A stretch of DNA of 63,614 bases, counting the filler, from Globobulimina sp. (taxonomy: Eukaryota), in the NCBI GenBank assembly GCA_003354225.1. It is 57 parts of 57 records of this genome, joined end to end, with 100 filler letters (N's around TTAATTAATTAA, not from the genome) between each part and the next. Parts side by side here need not be neighbours in the genome. Positions count along the whole stretch, not along the records: positions 35,788 to 36,805 come from PIVH01025691.1; positions 36,906 to 37,923 come from PIVH01025692.1; positions 38,024 to 39,040 come from PIVH01025693.1; positions 39,141 to 40,157 come from PIVH01025694.1; positions 40,258 to 41,274 come from PIVH01025695.1; positions 41,375 to 42,391 come from PIVH01025696.1; positions 42,492 to 43,508 come from PIVH01025697.1; positions 43,609 to 44,625 come from PIVH01025698.1; 49 more parts are not named here. One strand, 5' to 3'. A program made the position numbers and the translations under genes. This document shows, one piece after another, positions 35,788 through 48,655 of the stretch. Every line of letters starts with the position of its first letter. Within the stretch, counting starts at the first letter, position 1. The notes under the pieces are model-generated. The model did not search any database and had not been told where the DNA came from. It saw only the letters and a program-made list of their open reading frames with translations.

Positions 35788-36805
35788 ATAAATGACATGC
35801 AGCCTTTTCGTAATAAATTTCATCTCTGACTAATTGATAAATGCGGTGTTGTTTTGTTCCATAGTCTCCATACACCATTTCATTTAAACAAAACATGACT
35901 TCCCCGATAATATTATTTATTTTGCCTTTGATTAAAACATAAAATCGAATGTCAGACCAATGAATTTTGTTTGGGTCATAATTTTGCCATAAATTCCAAT
36001 AATCGACAATATCGATAATATTACCCGCTTCACAGCATATCACCTTTTCGACAAACAACTCAGCAGCAAACAACAACGTTTCTATATTTTTAAATACCAA
36101 TTGACAGCGATTGATATCAGTAATACACGCGATGATTGGATATGGTTCATCGGAAAACTCATTTTCTGCCTTTCTTCGTATTCTATCTATTGATTTTACA
36201 GCACCTCTCACATATTTCATATTGCTCACAGATTTTACAGCACCTTTTTATTGGTGGCATATTGCTCAATATAATCCATTATATACTTATTTTGAACTTG
36301 TGTGGCAATGTTTGAATCATAATTATCTTCAATGTCGTTGCATAGTGCTTCAGTATCGAATTCTTCATCTTCCAAATATTGCCGCAAAGAGTTATAATTA
36401 TATATTTTTGAACAAACACCGTCAAGAAATGTGTAGTTTTCATTGGAAATATCATACAGTAAACCAATGCCGTCATCTTTAGCAATATTAAATATTTTTT
36501 GAACTGAAGATTGAAATTGAGAGTCAACTGTGTTTGCTAATATTATTAATTCCCATAAATATTGTTTATAATTTGCAATTGCCGCTGGTTGGATGCATCT
36601 TGCCATGTTATCTTGACGTAAAGTTGTTTGTTTCCTGTATGTATTCATCGCAACAATGTCATTAATATATGAGTTATGTAACGACAATTTACTAGATTTG
36701 TTGTGTGGTAATTTCCAATTCTTCAGTTTGTACCAACTGTTTATATTTTGTTTTTTTCGAAGCTCGAGTTTGTATGTTATCATACTTCGCAAATTTTGGT
36801 TTTGT
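35788..36805 (-). CDS. RelA/SpoT-like nucleotidyltransferase-fold protein, partial; predicted intron 36244..36464
   Basis: VKSIDRIRRK, DINRCQLVF, WSDIRFYVLI and IIGEVMF follow RelA/SpoT synthetase motif order; removing 36244..36464 fuses the two ORFs in frame. Confidence 0.6.
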
Positions 36806-36905
36806 NNNNNNNNNNNNNNNNNNNNNNNNNNNNNNNNNNNNNNNNNNNNTTAATTAATTAANNNNNNNNNNNNNNNNNNNNNNNNNNNNNNNNNNNNNNN
36901 NNNNN

Positions 36906-37483
36906 AATTTAAACATTCTTGAATTAAATTGTATTGACAAATATATCAATAAACCCGCACAAATGACATGGAAACTATTGAAACCTACATTTGCCACAAT
37001 TTCATTTCTTAGTTCAAAAACACTGATATAACCGACGGCTAATGATGATATTGCATGGATTGTCACAAATACGTTCAATGCAATAAATGTACTTCTATTG
37101 CTGCTATACATACTGCTACGAAATGGATAATAAAGTCGACCATTAAAAATTAAAAATAAAAATATTTTACCAATATACCAAGAAACTGTGGTTGCGACTC
37201 TCATTCGGATAGAATCATGAAACACAAATAATAAATTTGGCTCTAATGGATCCACATACACCCACACAAAATATATTGTAACACAAATACAGGAGCCACA
37301 ATTGAATATATTGGATAATAAAGCTGTCGTTTCAAAATATTGGGCATCAGGTGTTGTTGTGTGGTCTTTATAAAATAGACATGATTTGATAATACCAAAC
37401 AAAACTAAAAACACTGCCAAAGTGGTTAAAACTAATGACACGCAGAGTAACATGACTGTTTGTTCAGCGGTGATGTTGACCAT
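36906..37483 (-). CDS. Divergent 7TM/GPCR-like protein, 3'-partial
   Basis: Five TM helices; GKIFLFLIFNGRLYYPF TM3 motif. Confidence 0.7.
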
Positions 37484-38058
37484 GCTTTGTTTAGTTTTTA
37501 GTTGAAAAAACTTTATACTGAAGAAGTGATAATATGCAGAGTGGTAATCATAGTGGTGGGACCAAAAAAGACCTATATAGTTATGCTACAAAAAATAAGT
37601 TAAATGGGTAAATTACAATGTGTTTTAATGCTAGCAATTGTTTAATCAGTTAATTGAGTATTTGTTGTGGATGGAATTATATTTTTCTCATGATCAGTAT
37701 TGTCAGTTGCAGATAATTTATTTTTATTTTTATTTTTATTTCTGTTTCTCATATCATTTAATATTTTATTTTTTGCAGAACTTATTGTATTTCCAGTTTG
37801 CTCTCCGCCCACTTTGCCTTTTGTGGTATTATGAATAATATTTGATTTATCATTCGAATGTGTTGCATGCGATGAAACAGCGGCAGTATTCCTTATAAAT
37901 GCAAATTCTGTCGACTTAAACCANNNNNNNNNNNNNNNNNNNNNNNNNNNNNNNNNNNNNNNNNNNNTTAATTAATTAANNNNNNNNNNNNNNNNNNNNN
38001 NNNNNNNNNNNNNNNNNNNNNNNCTAGGTTACTTTTCGCACCCTCAGTATTCAGTACC

Positions 38059-39040
38059 ATGTCGTTTTTGGCTTCAAGCCCAACGAACGAAACCATATTA
38101 TATGAAGGAACATTATCTAAACGCGGCAAACTGAATACGTCATGGAAAAAGCGATGGTTTACATTAGATGACAAACTGAAATTAAAATACTATGAAAACT
38201 ATGAATCGGCAAAAAAATATGGTAATAAAACCGTTCTGGGCACAATTGATTTATTGCAAGTTTTAAAAATCGAAATATCACTGACTGCCGACACCGAATT
38301 ATCATCGATCCCAAAACACATAAAAATACGGCAATACCACAGACAAAATAAAGATAATCGATCGTTTCTGATCTATATTACAACAGCAAATAGAACATAC
38401 AAATTGTCTGCCAATGACAATGATTCTTTCTTAAAATGGCTTAAATATTTATCTTCCGAATTATACTCAGATTGCGAGATCATATTTGAGTCCTTTTTAG
38501 AAGTAAATAGTAGGAAATATTATTGTGTCTTAACCAGTAATAAATACTTCAAATATTATAACAACGAACGTAGAGATATTTTATACGGTTTTATCAATTT
38601 AAACAAACCGCAAATTTCACTCACTTTACAAACAATGGATAATTGCTTCGAATTGACGCCGGATATACACACAAAGGAAAAACTCATTCTATACACAAAA
38701 GATTGCAATATATTCGATAAATGGTCCGATTATTTACGCGAGAAACAATACAAAAACTTAATGGTTAACGATGAGAATTTATGCATTGAGTCAGAGAGCG
38801 AAAATACTGAGGAAAATACCTTAAATTTAAGCGGACAGAATTTGCAAAATATTCCTTTAGCGTCGATTCGAAATATTGCGCGTATCAATAAATTGATAGT
38901 GACCAACAATAAATTGTCTTCATTGAAGGCATTGAAATATTTTCGCAATTTACATACGTTGCAATTGGACAGAAATGAGCTGAGAAATATTAACGATTTC
39001 CCGAAATTGAGAAAGTTAAAAACGTTGTGGTTAAATAATA
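38059..39040 (+). CDS. Tandem PH domain + LRR protein, 3'-partial
   Basis: EGTLSKRGKLNTSWKKRWFTL (PH), second PH ending FDKWSDYL, then LxLxxNxL repeats. Confidence 0.85.
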
Positions 39041-39140
39041 NNNNNNNNNNNNNNNNNNNNNNNNNNNNNNNNNNNNNNNNNNNNTTAATTAATTAANNNN
39101 NNNNNNNNNNNNNNNNNNNNNNNNNNNNNNNNNNNNNNNN

Positions 39141-40157
39141 ACCGCCACAGCGACCCAAACCCAGCCCAAAAACGTCAAATTTGCAGCGCCTTCGCTAAAC
39201 ACAAACGCCGCCGAGATCTCCGTGTCGCTGTCTCAAAGCAAGACCCAGTCGGCCAATTTTAAGCCAAAGATGAACTTTTCAGAGTATACCGGCAAGCAAA
39301 GCACACAAACACAGTCTGCACGGTACAAAGTGACAAAGCCCTTTCATAATACGTTTAGCAGTGGCAGTCAGAACCTGGCGCTCCGTATGAAACGCAACAA
39401 ATCGCTGTTATTGGACCCGCAGAAATTGGATGGTATGACCCGAAGACATGCGCGGTATTCCTCGATGTCGCCGCGATGTATCTTCCCCTCGGTCCCCGGC
39501 GACAAAATGAACAAAAATAAGTTCACTTTCAACGACTTATCGCTAAACGACGCCATTCATTCCTTTGGTGCGGTGGACACCGACGACGACGAGGACGAGG
39601 ATGAAGAGCCAGGGCCAGGTCCAGATCAACAGAGCTTTTTTAGTGCAAAACAGTTGCACGAACACACAAAATCATCGCTAACCATTGACTCCAAACGGTA
39701 CTCATTGCAGAAAAAGGCCACGCAGAAAGTGCCCGTTTTCAGTATGATGACTGCGTCGCAATCGGCGGACGCGGCGCATATAGCTCGCGATTCTGACATT
39801 TTTATCAATATCGGGATCAGCGAAGAGAAGGAGTTGAAGGAAGAGGACATTATCAAAGAAGAAGAGGAGGAATTTCTAGAGCAAAATGACTTTATTCCGC
39901 CTCCCAATTTCAATAAACGCAAATCGATGAAGACCGTCAACCAAATTAAAGCGCAGAAACTTTTACTAAAAGAAAAACGTTTATCCATCAAACGGAATTC
40001 GTCCATGTTACTGAACATAAACTTAAATATCCAGAGGAAAAAGGGAGGCGTTCATCGTCGCGGATTGTCGTCGGACGCCATTGGACAGATTGACTTTGAG
40101 TACCCGCAGGAAAATAAAATAAAGCCAGGCAAGAAGACGCACAAAATGAGCATTCAG
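39141..40157 (+). CDS. Hypothetical, probably disordered protein, partial
   Basis: Long open frame with Ser/Lys-rich composition and acidic tracts. Confidence 0.6.
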
Positions 40158-40257
40158 NNNNNNNNNNNNNNNNNNNNNNNNNNNNNNNNNNNNNNNNNNN
40201 NTTAATTAATTAANNNNNNNNNNNNNNNNNNNNNNNNNNNNNNNNNNNNNNNNNNNN

Positions 40258-40530
40258 TAATTAATAACTCCAGTACTTCGAATTCATCAAACTGTGCATA
40301 TGCATGTGTTGCAATATTAATTATATAAAATGTAAAATATGAAACGCGAATATATATCATACATAGGCAGACCAATGGAGCGCAGAATTTCCTTTATCAT
40401 CAACACCATTGACATTAATGTTGCAATTTGATAATAACTCTTTTGTTTCTTGTTGATCGCCGCGCATTGCCGCTGATATCAGTCCATATGGCTGGACATT
40501 GTCATTTTCAACTTTTTTTTCTTCTGCCAT
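40258..40530 (-). CDS. Ankyrin-repeat protein N-terminus; intron 40292..40362
   Basis: LISAAMRGD...VNGVDDKGNSALHWSAY|FDEFEVLELL. Confidence 0.8.
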
Positions 40531-40643
40531 GGTGTTGAGAGTCAGCTGAAAACTTTTTAGTACATAATTATAACGATAACGAATAATAATTAAATGATTA
40601 ATTAAAAAAAAATGGAAGAAAACTAAAAATGCAGCAAACATTA

Positions 40644-41274
40644 TTAAAATTCGTATTGAAGCTTTATTTCTTTGGCATGATCTTCCAGGCCATCGATGTC
40701 AGCAAATACTCTTATTTTAGTATCACCGAAAAAGAATGATATTGGAAAAGTTTTATGAATGTCCCAATTTTTGGGCAATAAAACATCTTTTTTCGCGATG
40801 GGTTTACCAGACACAAACACCGGATTCGTTTCCTCTGAGCAATACACATCCACTCCAACCACGTTATTTTTCGATGCATAAAATTTCGTCGTTTTGGGTT
40901 TGTCCCGAATATCAATCTCATCTCCTTTCCGTACATAGGCATGAAATATCTCATGCAAATATTCCTGATTCGCTCTTTTATTAAAATATCTGTTTCTTTT
41001 CACCACCGTTTTGTCCAATTCATTCAAATTAAACCTCGCGATCGGTGCATTCACTTTGATTCCATATGTTTTCCGCACCATTCTCGATGCGATGTAATCC
41101 GGTTTCAATCCCAAACGAACTGCGCCATCCACCACGGACAGCGACGGTCTTTTCGGTATGATTACAATCAATCGATATTCTGATTTTATTCCCAATTCAT
41201 ACATAATCCGCGACTGTAAATATTTACTCGAACTGAAGCCGCCCACAAGACAAATATATCGACATTGTTTATTT
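40644..41274 (-). CDS. HSPA12-like atypical Hsp70, C-terminal part
   Basis: ICLVGGFSSSKYLQ...IIPKRPSLSVVDGAVRLG..P..IASR..RKTYGI is the HSPA12-type C-terminus. Confidence 0.8.
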
Positions 41275-41374
41275 NNNNNNNNNNNNNNNNNNNNNNNNNN
41301 NNNNNNNNNNNNNNNNNNTTAATTAATTAANNNNNNNNNNNNNNNNNNNNNNNNNNNNNNNNNNNNNNNNNNNN

Positions 41375-41914
41375 TACTGAAACGACAGTGCAGATAACAA
41401 AATCAGTAAATCCGCCCAATGCAATCACCCAAAAAGGCGTTTTTGATCTACATAAACCTGCGATTTCTGCGCTTTCCTCGCCACCACTGACTGCAAACGA
41501 TGCGATGATTATAAATAATAACCAGGTCGATAATATTATTCGTGATCCATATATTTGATATTTTTTAAATGAAAAGTTGCTGCCATCAAACACCGTAAAT
41601 AATCGCTCTAAAAATAGGACATATAATGAAGTTTTGGAGAGAAGCCAAATGGACGTATTTACTTTCATAATAATTGAACAATTTAATGATGATCTGGGAA
41701 ATAATCGATTTATTGTGAAAAACATCTCAATTTGAAAGATAACCATCAGAACCATTGATATTATGGAAAAGTATATAATGTGAGATTGTGATTTTATTCT
41801 TTTTAAGGCGTGGTACAGATGGTACACGAAAATAATGAAATTGTGAAGCGGTGCGAGTGTCACAATGATTCTGTTTGGGAATTGAGCGTGTTGACTGTCT
41901 GATAATAGACCCAT
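41375..41914 (-). CDS. Divergent 7TM/GPCR-like protein, 3'-partial
   Basis: TM helices; SKTSLYVLFLERLFTVF TM3 motif; Cys before TM3 and in the second extracellular loop. Confidence 0.75.
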
Positions 41915-41953
41915 GACTCAAGCTGATTTTTAATACGTTTTTTACCAATTTCC

Positions 41954-42391
41954 ATGGCAATCCGTCAACAATGTTGGGAAGGCGATAATTACGAAGATGA
42001 AGCAATCGCATGGCTGAAATCATTAAAAATTGGTTCTAAATTGCTCCACGCTCCGAGATTTGTTGAATATAATGCAATTGATTCGAGCGGGAAAAATTTA
42101 GAATTGGTTGAAATTATATCTATTCATCAGGAAGATGTTGATCCCTATGTTTTGGTATCCTATGATCCAATGCCATTTACATTTCACCGTAGATGTCCAA
42201 TAAAATATGCATTCACTGCAAGACCATATTTTGGAGTTAACCATATTCGACCAAAAAAGAGGGCATTAACTGATGTAAATTTGGTATCAAATCCATCAAA
42301 AAAGATGAAATTGAGTGTAGTTAATATGAATAATCAGAAAAAATCAAGCTGTGATATCGATAGAATTAAAGTGCAGAAACAATTAAAGAAA
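41954..42391 (+). CDS. Hypothetical protein, 3'-partial
   Basis: ATG-initiated open frame to the contig end, with basic NLS-like motifs. Confidence 0.45.
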
Positions 42392-42491
42392 NNNNNNNNN
42401 NNNNNNNNNNNNNNNNNNNNNNNNNNNNNNNNNNNTTAATTAATTAANNNNNNNNNNNNNNNNNNNNNNNNNNNNNNNNNNNNNNNNNNNN

Positions 42492-43294
42492 TACCTTCAA
42501 TAAGCAAAAGATTCTAGTGGACAAAAACGAAGTGACAGTACATGTTTGATACAAAATAATTTCGTCCCCCAACAACTTAATAAAGCAAACAACACAAATA
42601 TCGTCCAACAAAAACCTGATAAATCATTTAAATGCAGTCAATGTAATAAATTATTTCAACATCGACATAATTTAAATATCCATATGAGAATGCATACAAA
42701 TTTAGCATTGAAGTGTCCATTTTGTGAGAAAGCATTTGCGAGAAAGGCCAATTTGCGGCAACATACTCGCGTTCATACCAATGATCGTCCATGGAAATGT
42801 TCATTGTGTTCCAAAGCATTTCGGCAAAAGAAATGGTATGTTTCGCACAAACCAAATTAATTAATATAATCAAGTACATGATATTTTGTGTATACTGTAT
42901 ACAGTCTGATAGATCACCAACGAACGCATTCTGGCGAAAGACCATTTAAATGTGAATATTGTGTGCGTGCATTCTCTGTAAAGCATAATTTAATATCACA
43001 TACACGATTACATAGTATGTATTTATATATTTAAATAATTAATTAGCAGTTTGTCTTATTATGTAATATATATAGCCGGTCAACGGCCGTACAAATGCTC
43101 ATTGTGTGTAGCAAAATTTGTATCCAAAAGCAGGTAGTACATATATATCCGAATAACCAACCGGTGCATTAGCTGTACCTATATGTAACTATGTATGTAT
43201 ATATATATACAGTTTAAATAGTCATACGCGCCGAAAACACCCTCAATTGTGGGAATTAAAGAAATCATTGAATTCAAAGACATCAAATAAATAA
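42492..43294 (+). CDS. C2H2 zinc-finger protein (5 fingers); introns 42836..42904, 43015..43075, 43134..43212
   Basis: CxxC...HxxxH fingers with SGERPF/TGQRPY linkers restored by three GT-AG introns. Confidence 0.92.
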
Positions 43295-43608
43295 TTTTAA
43301 CGTATTTGCGTCATGTTTTGTGTGTACTATTAAATTTTATGTCACTCACTGAACTTGTTTATTTTTTTACATTTAATTGACAATATTATTATGTAGTTTA
43401 CCAATAATCTGTTTTCCACGCTTTTGCTTCCGGATCTAATACATGTACAACATATAGGTACAAAAATTAAATAGCACCACATTAATTATTTCCGTTTGTT
43501 TCCTTAGANNNNNNNNNNNNNNNNNNNNNNNNNNNNNNNNNNNNNNNNNNNNTTAATTAATTAANNNNNNNNNNNNNNNNNNNNNNNNNNNNNNNNNNNN
43601 NNNNNNNN

Positions 43609-44625
43609 AGATGACAGTAAACAACAAATTGATCCAGAATTTAATCACATGACTAACATTAATGGCAATCGCATCAATATGGCAGATCCGTCTGATTTAA
43701 ACCTTTGCTGTCCTCATCTTAACGTTGATGTCGATCTTTTTGATCCATTCGATGCTGAAAATATGTCTCAACATTCTGGCTATTTTGATGATTCGCACTT
43801 ATTTATTAATGATCATTTTGTTGCCGGTAATATTGATGCTGACACTGACAATTTATGCGATTTAATGGATTGCGCCATCGATTTGACGCGCATTCTGCCA
43901 TTAGACGTCACCACTAACTCCATCCGAACAGTGGATGCCTTTATGGCTCATAATGAACATTGTCAAAATTTGTGGTTGGATATGGAAGCTAGGAACGCGG
44001 TGTCCGATGATTGCCCACCTGTTTATGATCAAAATCGCATTGATATTGTCCCAGAGATGTCCAATTCAGTGTGTTTTGATGTGATTCCGTCTTCGCCGCG
44101 CATCAATTTCAAGTCGTTTAATCAAGATATTATGCATATTGCGGATAAAAATGATGTTATTTTCGACACACTGGACACCATTGACACCGATTTGAGCCGC
44201 ACCGGTATTTATAAGCATGTTAATAATCAATTACTTGTTCAAGCTCTATCACCTATTCCTTCACCGCGCACTATCCAAAAGAACCAAATTAAGGACACGT
44301 TCCTATCCCACAACAATCCGACATTTACAAATCTGTGTTTTGAGGCATTTCACCCTCAAAAAGACCATCAAAACAAAGTAATTCATCATGAAACACAAGA
44401 ATCCTCTCAAGATACACACAATTTTGACGTTGCCACTCGTGTGTCTCCAATCGTTCAAATGAATAAAAGATCTGATCATTTAACTAAACATCACCCAGTT
44501 CGATATATTCCATCTGATAACAATTTTATTAATGATGTATTGAATGCAAATCATAATAATGATGCTAATGTTGATTTGTTTGGTCACACCGACGATGCCA
44601 ACAATAACGACAACAGCCTCACCAA
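43609..44625 (+). CDS. Hypothetical Asp/Asn/His-rich protein, partial
   Basis: Open frame of more than 320 aa; no recognised domain. Confidence 0.5.
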
Positions 44626-46004
44626 NNNNNNNNNNNNNNNNNNNNNNNNNNNNNNNNNNNNNNNNNNNNTTAATTAATTAANNNNNNNNNNNNNNNNNNN
44701 NNNNNNNNNNNNNNNNNNNNNNNNNTCCCTAAGTACATATTGCAGGCGGATCCAGACGAACTCTCCTTGTTACAATTGCAGTGTAACCATATTATATAGG
44801 CCGCAGATGCATTCTTATCAATATTATGCGTATCAATCGCACAGCTCGCGGTGTCCCAAAATATATTCTTTGATTCCAAATCAATGGTTGCGCCAAAAAC
44901 GAGGAGCCATACAACTCGATACCAGTCGATGGATAGACACAACAAAACGCGTTGCCAACAAACATAGTAAACTCCGAATTGGTGCCACAGTCTCGTTTTG
45001 TAATAATTGTGACATTGACAGTAATATTGTAGGTGCTTCGGCAGATTTTGCAAAGAATTTATTAAGATAGATTATTAAGATAGAGCGGTCGGCAAAGCTT
45101 CGAGAGCGGCCGGAATGCAGCGCTAATATTCATATCCGAATTGTCAAAGAGCTGTAGGATGTGATATTTTGATAGATTTCAATGCCTTTATAAGCAAGGA
45201 GGATGATAATGATAAACATCACTGCTTTCGCCATGAATGTAAATGAAGTTATATAAATACACTATAATTGTCTCGATCGCCTAAATACACTACAATGTTT
45301 GTAATACTATAACTGTCTCGATGTGATTACTTGCATTTACTATAACTGTATCGATGTAATACTATAACTGTACTTGTATTTACAGCTGTGATTACTTGCA
45401 CTATTATTATTATTGCCCCGCCTAAATACATAACATATAAATTTTTGTTGTCTGAATTCAAAGCAGAAAATATTGGATGCAACCAAATTATATCAAATTG
45501 AGAATCTGTTTTCATAAAACATGCTTCACTCCAAACAATATTTGATGATTCAATATTTATTGTTGCACCCACTGCTTTTGATGATTGTGACACAGTTAAT
45601 ATAATACCAGTGGATGGTGCTATACATTGTAAAATATTACTAATATAAAATGTAAACTCACTATGTTGTAAATCACTCGATCGCTGTAACATTAATGGTA
45701 CACGCCATGTTATATTTGAGCTCAAAGCAGAGACCATAATACNNNNNNNNNNNNNNNNNNNNNNNNNNNNNNNNNNNNNNNNNNNNTTAATTAATTAANN
45801 NNNNNNNNNNNNNNNNNNNNNNNNNNNNNNNNNNNNNNNNNNTAAATCAACATAATCTTTTTTTATTTGTTTGCCGGTAATGGCTGATATTATTGCTGTG
45901 ATAACATCGTTTATATGAAATTGCGGCACAGACTGCGTTCATTGAAATGAATATCATATTTATAAATAATAACGACGCGTAAATTAAAAACGCAACAATG
46001 TCGC

Positions 46005-46400
46005 ACTTTAATGTGATTCAAGCGTTAATCAATGTGTTTGATACATTATTATTGATGTCCAATGATGACAGATTTGGCATTGTCTGCTTTAATGACACAA
46101 ATATATTTTAACGGCGCTGATCATGAAAATAATATTTTACCGCCAAAAGAGCCCTTATTTGATGTGAATAGAGAAAATATTGAAGCCGCCAAACAGTTCA
46201 TAACTATCGATTAAAAATATGATATCTCGCGCAAATATTTGCGATTTTTTTATATGTTTCTGCACCGAAATGGGGTTGATATGAATGAAGAAACTATTAT
46301 TTTGAATAAAGGCGACTGGATTGATTTTATTTTGTTGCACGTAATAATATGCGATATGAATATCTTTGGATTCAATGTTATGTTTTAAACACTTCGCATT
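46005..46400. pseudogene. Scrambled VIT/vWA-domain fragments on opposite strands
   Basis: Minus strand FFIHINP...IFARDIIFLIDS; plus strand LMSNDDRFGIVCFND. Confidence 0.4.
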
Positions 46401-47059
46401 ATTCAAATGAATTTGCTTACAATTATTTAACGTGTATATCGATGAGCAAAGCCATATCACAATCGATATCGCTGTCATCCACTAGCAATGCCTCAATATA
46501 TCTGTTCTTGTCATGGTCGTGCAAACAGACACAAACATTCGTAACTATGTCATTAATGGTTGGTAATACATAATTATTTTCATTATTATTTTAATCTATA
46601 AAATTAAATCCAGTTCTTATCCATTCCAATATCCTCCACACGACGTCTAATGTCTATATATAGTATTTTATTTTTTGTTTTTTTTTATTTTTATTGCAAA
46701 ATCGCATGTTGTTTTTGAGACTGCTTTTAAACCAAGATAACATATGCATATGTTACATAGATGTTTCGTATGTAAACCGCTATCGTAGTTTAAAAATCCA
46801 ATCTCGGCTAGAAGTGACTGTAAAAGTGACATGGTCTAACATGTTAAGCCTCCGAACTTNNNNNNNNNNNNNNNNNNNNNNNNNNNNNNNNNNNNNNNNN
46901 NNNTTAATTAATTAANNNNNNNNNNNNNNNNNNNNNNNNNNNNNNNNNNNNNNNNNNNNGTTTGGTTTTCATAATTTCACTTTCAACAGAATGTACAGTT
47001 GGGACTTTATCCGGAATTGGACCGCCTGCTATGTATTGACAAGAAGTATTTGAGCTTAT

Positions 47060-47976
47060 TTATAATGTACGGTACAAACCAGTGATTGGAGCTAGCTCTG
47101 TTTCGGGATTATCATCAAATATTTCTGCAGGTTCTTCAATTTTTTCTTCTGTAAATTGGAAATCTGTTGCGGTGGACTTTGGTGCTTTGGCTGCAGGCTT
47201 TTTAATAACAAATTTGACTTTTTTACCAGTGGCTGCTTCCTCGTCATTTCTCTCCATTTTTCCCTCTGTTTTACTCTCAAAGTGACTTTGTTGCAATTCG
47301 AGCGAATGTTGATGCAACGCCAAATACAATGGACTGTAGCCAGCGCGGTTATATATATTCAAATAAATATTGGATCGTTTCTCATCTTTTTCGTATTTGG
47401 CTTTAAATAATTCTTTAATGCCATCGTAATCCATTTTTCTTATCAAATGATATATGATGGTTTCACCCAATGCGTCTTCTAAGTTTATTGGTACATCATT
47501 CTTTAATAACTGTCGTAATATTTCCTTATCCGGATCGAAACCGGACAGATATAACCCAATAAGCAACGGTCTGCCTTGTTCGTCCCGGCTGTAACTAATT
47601 AATCGCGGATCTTTCCTGTCATTTATGGTGGAAATTTCAAAAGCATTCTTCCAATCGACAATATCCTTTACTTTTTCTAACAAAATACTTTTCTTTTTGC
47701 ACGTTTCCAACAACAATGCAATATCATGCACACCCAATAAACGTAAGGACTTTCCGAATTTAATTTTGATGGACTTATGGTTGTTGTTGTCATTATCGTC
47801 GGATGCGGCATCCTGCAAAACAAGTAATGTCGCGATTAAATAGCGGATTGTCACTGTACTAAAATCATACTCTATGGTTCCCTGTGCTTTCTGTTTCACG
47901 TTACATATATCAGACAACCATGAGATGATTGGTACGTCATATTTGATGTTAAAATCAATGATTGGAACATCTGATT
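47060..47976 (-). CDS. Ankyrin-like repeat protein, partial
   Basis: DEQGRPLL, EDALGETIIYHL and NRAGYSPLYLAL ankyrin-like turns. Confidence 0.6.
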
Positions 47977-48255
47977 NNNNNNNNNNNNNNNNNNNNNNNN
48001 NNNNNNNNNNNNNNNNNNNNTTAATTAATTAANNNNNNNNNNNNNNNNNNNNNNNNNNNNNNNNNNNNNNNNNNNNACCATTGATTTTTTAACACAGGTT
48101 CCCACCACGCGTAATTGGTAGGGAATACAAATTTAGGTTTAATATGAATAATATCGATAGAACAGTGTTTAATAACGGTTGGTTATTTGTTATGCGTTTA
48201 ACCGTGGATGGTTTTGAGTTTCCTGTAAAATAGTGATCACACGGTCTAATTTATT

Positions 48256-48323
48256 GTGATGATAGCTTAAAGAAAGCATCTATTTATTAAAAGAAGATTT
48301 GGGTTCAAATCCCAATCATCGCA
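48256..48323 (+). repeat. tRNA-derived element, copy 2
   Basis: GTGATGA/TCATCGC acceptor stem, GCTT/AAGC D stem, TTGGG-TTCAAAT-CCCAA T arm, mismatched anticodon arm, downstream T-runs. Confidence 0.7.
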
Positions 48324-48655
48324 TTTTATTATTTTTGTTATTTTTTGTTTGTGTTTCTGACTTCTGTTCTATTATACTTTTGTAATTCTATATATAATGC
48401 GTTTCAAAGGGACAAGAAACCGGTTTTCTTAGTTGGTACACTGTCAATTGATTCGTCAACAAAACTGTGCAACGATAATTTTTTAAAATGGTTTAATTCA
48501 TTTGGATTCTGAATTATTTGCAGAAATTTGAATAAGTGTAGAAAATGTGGATAGCCGTTGACAAAACCATATAATATTTAGAATCAAAATGATTACAAGT
48601 AATCATTTCGAAAAAAACATATAATAAAATAAATAATAAAGTTAACCAATATAAA

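Noticed and set aside
34670..36805. ART-like and NTase-like genes as a linked locus
   Set aside because: They are separate contigs placed side by side only by length sorting.
41915..41953. 39-bp head-to-head gap as a bidirectional promoter
   Set aside because: Start codons are unverified and chimeras are frequent in this dataset.
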